Shown piece after piece: positions 60,811 through 64,000 of a stretch of DNA of 64,000 nucleotides. Both the position numbers and the translations under genes were made by a program. The DNA is from a virus (taxonomy: Duplodnaviria; Caudoviricetes): the IMG/VR virus record IMGVR_UViG_3300031555_002371, positions 92,002-156,001 of that record; one strand, written 5' to 3'. The notes under the pieces are model-generated. The model had not been told where the DNA came from, ran no database searches, and worked only from the letters and a program-made list of their open reading frames with translations. Numbering within the stretch: the stretch's first letter is position 1; each line of letters starts with the position of its first letter.

Positions 60811-61542
60811 ATGTCTATTGAATTATTACATGGAGATTGCCTAAATCTCATGCAAGATATTCCCGATAAATCCATCGATATGATTTTGTGTGATTTGCCG
60901 TTTGGAGTTACCCAAAACAAAGCTGATATTGTTATTCCATTTGAACCACTATGGAAACAATATGAGCGAATTATAAAAGATAATGGTGCAATCGTATTGT
61001 TTGGTCAGGGGGTCTTTTATGTAGATTTGGTTAATAGCAACCGAAAATTATTCCGATATGATTTAGTATGGGATAAACAACTTGTGAGTGGTTTCTTAAA
61101 TGCAAAGAGAATGCCGTTACGACAACATGAGCAAATAGCGGTATTCTATAAAAAGTTACCCACATATAATCCTCAGTTTACACAAGGTAAACCATTACAC
61201 ACAAAAGGAAAGAAATACAAAGACAAACCTGTCATCAATCAAAACTATGGTGCATATGAAGCAGCAGATGATAGTCGTGTTGGAAGTACAGACAAATATC
61301 CAACAAGCATATTCTCCTTCCAAAAACCACATCCGAGCATTGCAAAGCATAGAACCGAAAAGCCGGTGTCATTACTTGAACATCTTATCAAAACATATAC
61401 AAACGAGAATGATACAGTGTTAGATAATTGTATGGGATGTGGTAGCACAGGTGTTGCCTGTCAAAACACCAACCGTAATTTTATAGGTATAGAGATTGAT
61501 GAAAATTATTTCACAATTGCTCAAAAAAATATTTATAAATAA
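60811..61542 (+). CDS. DNA methyltransferase (N4-C/N6-A, beta class)
   Basis: ILCDLPF, HRTEKP, VLDNCMGCGSTG. Confidence 0.9.
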   Translation: MSIELLHGDCLNLMQDIPDKSIDMILCDLPFGVTQNKADIVIPFEPLWKQYERIIKDNGAIVLFGQGVFYVDLVNSNRKLFRYDLVWDKQLVSGFLNAKRMPLRQHEQIAVFYKKLPTYNPQFTQGKPLHTKGKKYKDKPVINQNYGAYEAADDSRVGSTDKYPTSIFSFQKPHPSIAKHRTEKPVSLLEHLIKTYTNENDTVLDNCMGCGSTGVACQNTNRNFIGIEIDENYFTIAQKNIYK

Positions 61543-61556
61543 ATCTGAAAAACCAC

Positions 61557-61584
61557 TTGACAAATAAAATGTTTGTGTTATAAT
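61557..61584 (+). promoter_or_regulatory. sigma-A promoter
   Basis: TTGACA-N16-TATAAT with upstream AAATCTGAAAAACC box. Confidence 0.75.
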
Positions 61585-61612
61585 ATATACGACAATAGAG
61601 AAGGAGGTACAT

Positions 61613-61882
61613 ATGCGAGTAAAAGTTGAATTTTCCTCATTGGAAGATGTCCAAGTTTTTACTTCTATTGCACAAAAGGTAAAAGAAGATGTGCGATTGA
61701 TTGGTAAGGATGAGAACGGAAGCGATTGGAGTTTGTCGGCAAAGTCGTTCTTTTGTTCGCTGATTATTGCAGCGAAACTTCAAAAGAACCGAGAGCATAC
61801 AGCTCATGAGGTTAATTGGAACACAATATACTGCGAATGTGATAGGGATATTTACAGCCTTATCCAAAAATTTGTAGTATAG
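61613..61882 (+). CDS. HPr-like small protein
   Basis: DVQVFTSIA...DVRL...SAKS pattern; lacks the His15 equivalent. Confidence 0.45.
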   Translation: MRVKVEFSSLEDVQVFTSIAQKVKEDVRLIGKDENGSDWSLSAKSFFCSLIIAAKLQKNREHTAHEVNWNTIYCECDRDIYSLIQKFVV

Positions 61883-61927
61883 AACTAAATCTGAAAAACT
61901 ACAAAACAACAAGAATGGAGGATTCTA

Positions 61928-62857
61928 ATGGAAGCAAATAATACACAGCCCAGAAAAAGTTATGAACTTGTAAATTTCTGCGAGTTCGATAGTTTTGCAG
62001 AGCAAAGCTATTGTGCTATGCATGGAGTTGACCCAAGCCTCAATCTCGGAGATATCACAAAGGTTGATGAAACGGCAATTAAGCCATTTAACATGATTTG
62101 TGGCGGCTCGCCATGCCAGGATTTTTCTGTCGCTGGCAAGGGTGAGGGTAGTAAGTGGAAGTGTAAAGAATGCGAGCATGAATACAACCCACTTACCGTT
62201 CATTATACAGTTCGTCATAAATGTCCCAAGTGCGGATGTGAGCAGATTGACAAATCTCGGAGTTCGTTACTTGTGGAATGGTTGCGCGTTATTCGTGCCA
62301 ACCACCCTAAATGGGGTATCTACGAGAATGTAAAAAATATTGTTGGAGCAAGATTTAAAGAAACATTTCAAATGTTCCTTGATGAGCTTCACGAATATGG
62401 ATATAATACATATTTTTGTGTGTTAAATGCAAAGGATTATGGTATTCCGCAAAACAGAGAACGAGTTTATCTTATCATCATTCTTAAAGAACTTGACAAT
62501 GGCAAGTTTAAGTTCCCAGAACCCTTTGATAATGGTGTAAGACTTAAAGATGTTCTTGAAGATGAAGTTGATGAAAAGTATTATATCAACACTCCAAAAG
62601 CAAAAGAGCTTGTTGACGAGCTTCTTACCTCCGGCAAACTTGACAAAGCGGTATCTAACACCGTGAGGGCAGGGGGGGAGAGGAAGTGTAGACCGACATC
62701 AATGGGATATGGTTCAAGTCTAATTAAGACTGGAATCTTTTCGTGTCAATGTAGTGTATTTGACCGAGAAATTGATGTTGCAAACACTTTACTCGCAAGA
62801 GATTATAAAGGCTTTGGAAACCAAGGGATGAATGGAGTAATCACAAAAGATGAATAA
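61928..62857 (+). CDS. C5-cytosine DNA methyltransferase, catalytic part (motifs II-VIII, lacks motif I)
   Basis: GGSPCQDFS, ENV, PQNRER; Zn-ribbon insertion. Confidence 0.9.
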   Translation: MEANNTQPRKSYELVNFCEFDSFAEQSYCAMHGVDPSLNLGDITKVDETAIKPFNMICGGSPCQDFSVAGKGEGSKWKCKECEHEYNPLTVHYTVRHKCPKCGCEQIDKSRSSLLVEWLRVIRANHPKWGIYENVKNIVGARFKETFQMFLDELHEYGYNTYFCVLNAKDYGIPQNRERVYLIIILKELDNGKFKFPEPFDNGVRLKDVLEDEVDEKYYINTPKAKELVDELLTSGKLDKAVSNTVRAGGERKCRPTSMGYGSSLIKTGIFSCQCSVFDREIDVANTLLARDYKGFGNQGMNGVITKDE

Positions 62858-63063
62858 GATAATCCAAATAGGAAATATAAGAAAGGGAACACCAAAGTTT
62901 AGTAATCCTCAAACTGGTAGAATTTATTCAATTGAAGGCGTTGCTCCGACGTTGAATACCTGTCAGGGGGAGAGCGAGAACCCAAAGTGTTAGTAAAGGT
63001 GGATATGAAAACCGTTTGTGAAAGGCGAATGGACGAAGGATTGCGTACATTCAAGGATGAAGT

Positions 63064-63525
63064 GTGCGGAACAATCCGAACTATCGATGCGGGGGTGATA
63101 AAAGAGTGATTGATAGCACAGTTAATAGTGGTTATCGAATTAGGAAATTAACACCCAGAGAATGTTGGCGTTTAATGGATTTCACCGATGAAGATTTCGA
63201 TAGAGCAAAGTATTACACAGAAGAAGAATGCAAAGCTCTGCTTGCGAAGTACCCGAAGCATAAGGGCAAACGACAATTCGATGAAGAAGGAAGAATTGAG
63301 AGAATGTCAGATACGCAGTTATACAAGCAAGCCGGAAACTCAATTTGTGTAGGAGTTCTTTATTACATATTTAAGGAGTTATATGCTGCAATGCCTTACC
63401 TCTTTGATGACTTAAAGGTGAGTAGTTATTTCTCTGGAATCGGTGCGTTTGAGAGTGCATTAGATAGATTATACGAGGATATTAATTCCGAAAATTTTAC
63501 CTTGCCGCAGGTGCAGAAAATTTAA
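63064..63525 (+). CDS. C5-cytosine methyltransferase C-terminal part (motifs IX, X followed by motif I)
   Basis: RKLTPRECWRLM, YKQAGNSI, then SYFSGIGAFE; true start unclear (frameshifted at the G tract). Confidence 0.8.
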   Translation: MRNNPNYRCGGDKRVIDSTVNSGYRIRKLTPRECWRLMDFTDEDFDRAKYYTEEECKALLAKYPKHKGKRQFDEEGRIERMSDTQLYKQAGNSICVGVLYYIFKELYAAMPYLFDDLKVSSYFSGIGAFESALDRLYEDINSENFTLPQVQKI

Positions 63526-64000
63526 GTGCTAACCTGCGGGGGAGAAAAACATAATTATCTACGACGATTATAATAGCAATGTTAGAGCAGACCAAGATAC
63601 AATTGGAACATTAACATTGAACATAGGAAATAGTTGTTTTAGAAACGCTTATAAACTCATTGAGGGTGGATAATGAAATTAGATAAAATCAAAACACCCG
63701 CCCATTCGGGGGTAATGAATTAAAGTGTTTAAATAGCAAAGGTGGAAGAAAAGGTGTGGTTGGATTACAGCCATCACTAACCGATAGGGTTTATGATTCA
63801 GATGGTATAGCAACTGCAGTTGCAACGTCAACATTCTTCATGCCATGCTATTTAGTAAAAGAAAAGGAAAAATAAATACTTCTTTTATTGTAATTTAGAC
63901 CTCGAAAGTTTCGGCGTTTACAATATCAAAAGTTGGTGTTTATATTGATATTTCCTTTTCGCAAACATCGAAAGTTAGGAGATATAATAATTATAAAATG

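Noticed and set aside
5947-62218. Numerous minus-strand ORFs overlapping plus-strand genes (e.g. 39089-39889, 37503-38054, 57327-57878)
   Set aside because: Antisense shadows without RBS or recognisable motifs; only 54385-54817 look real
1-64000. Stop-codon reassignment
   Set aside because: Long genes are intact in the standard code, TAA/TAG/TGA all terminate genes, and no suppressor tRNA was found

Overview
This window is part of a large, AT-rich, probably temperate SPbeta-like phage or prophage of a Firmicutes (likely Clostridia) host. No structural or packaging genes are present. The left end (minus strand) carries a YonO-like single-subunit RNA polymerase (DxDGD motif). It is followed by a repeat-rich intergenic region and then about 58 kb of mostly plus-strand early/middle genes driven by many near-consensus sigma-A promoters that carry shared operator-like motifs. 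Recognisable modules: (1) two twister ribozymes in the first early operon; (2) a sliding clamp, a tyrosine recombinase, and an orphan MazF next to an MrpR/YopR-like recombinase-fold protein; (3) an NAD operon (nicotinamidase, Prs-like, NAMPT-fold, NADAR-NadE fusion) with Thg1; (4) a complete diversity-generating retroelement (Avd, TR, RT fused to a SLOG domain) with two targets 20 kb apart; (5) a radical SAM/SPASM gene followed by four MK[IV]RxD[FY]VTNSSSSSF paralogs; (6) two tRNA clusters, including a group I intron-containing tRNA-Leu(UAA) and several unexplained structured RNAs; (7) a split NAD-dependent DNA ligase and several DNA methyltransferases, one permuted and gated by poly-G tracts. 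The most striking unexplained system is seven small RNA units sharing one closing-stem motif, two of which contain circularly permuted (YrlA-like) tRNA domains. They flank a 746-aa ROT/TROVE-like-TerD gene and suggest a non-canonical Ro/Y-RNA ribonucleoprotein system. All family assignments come from motif recognition by eye; no searches were run.
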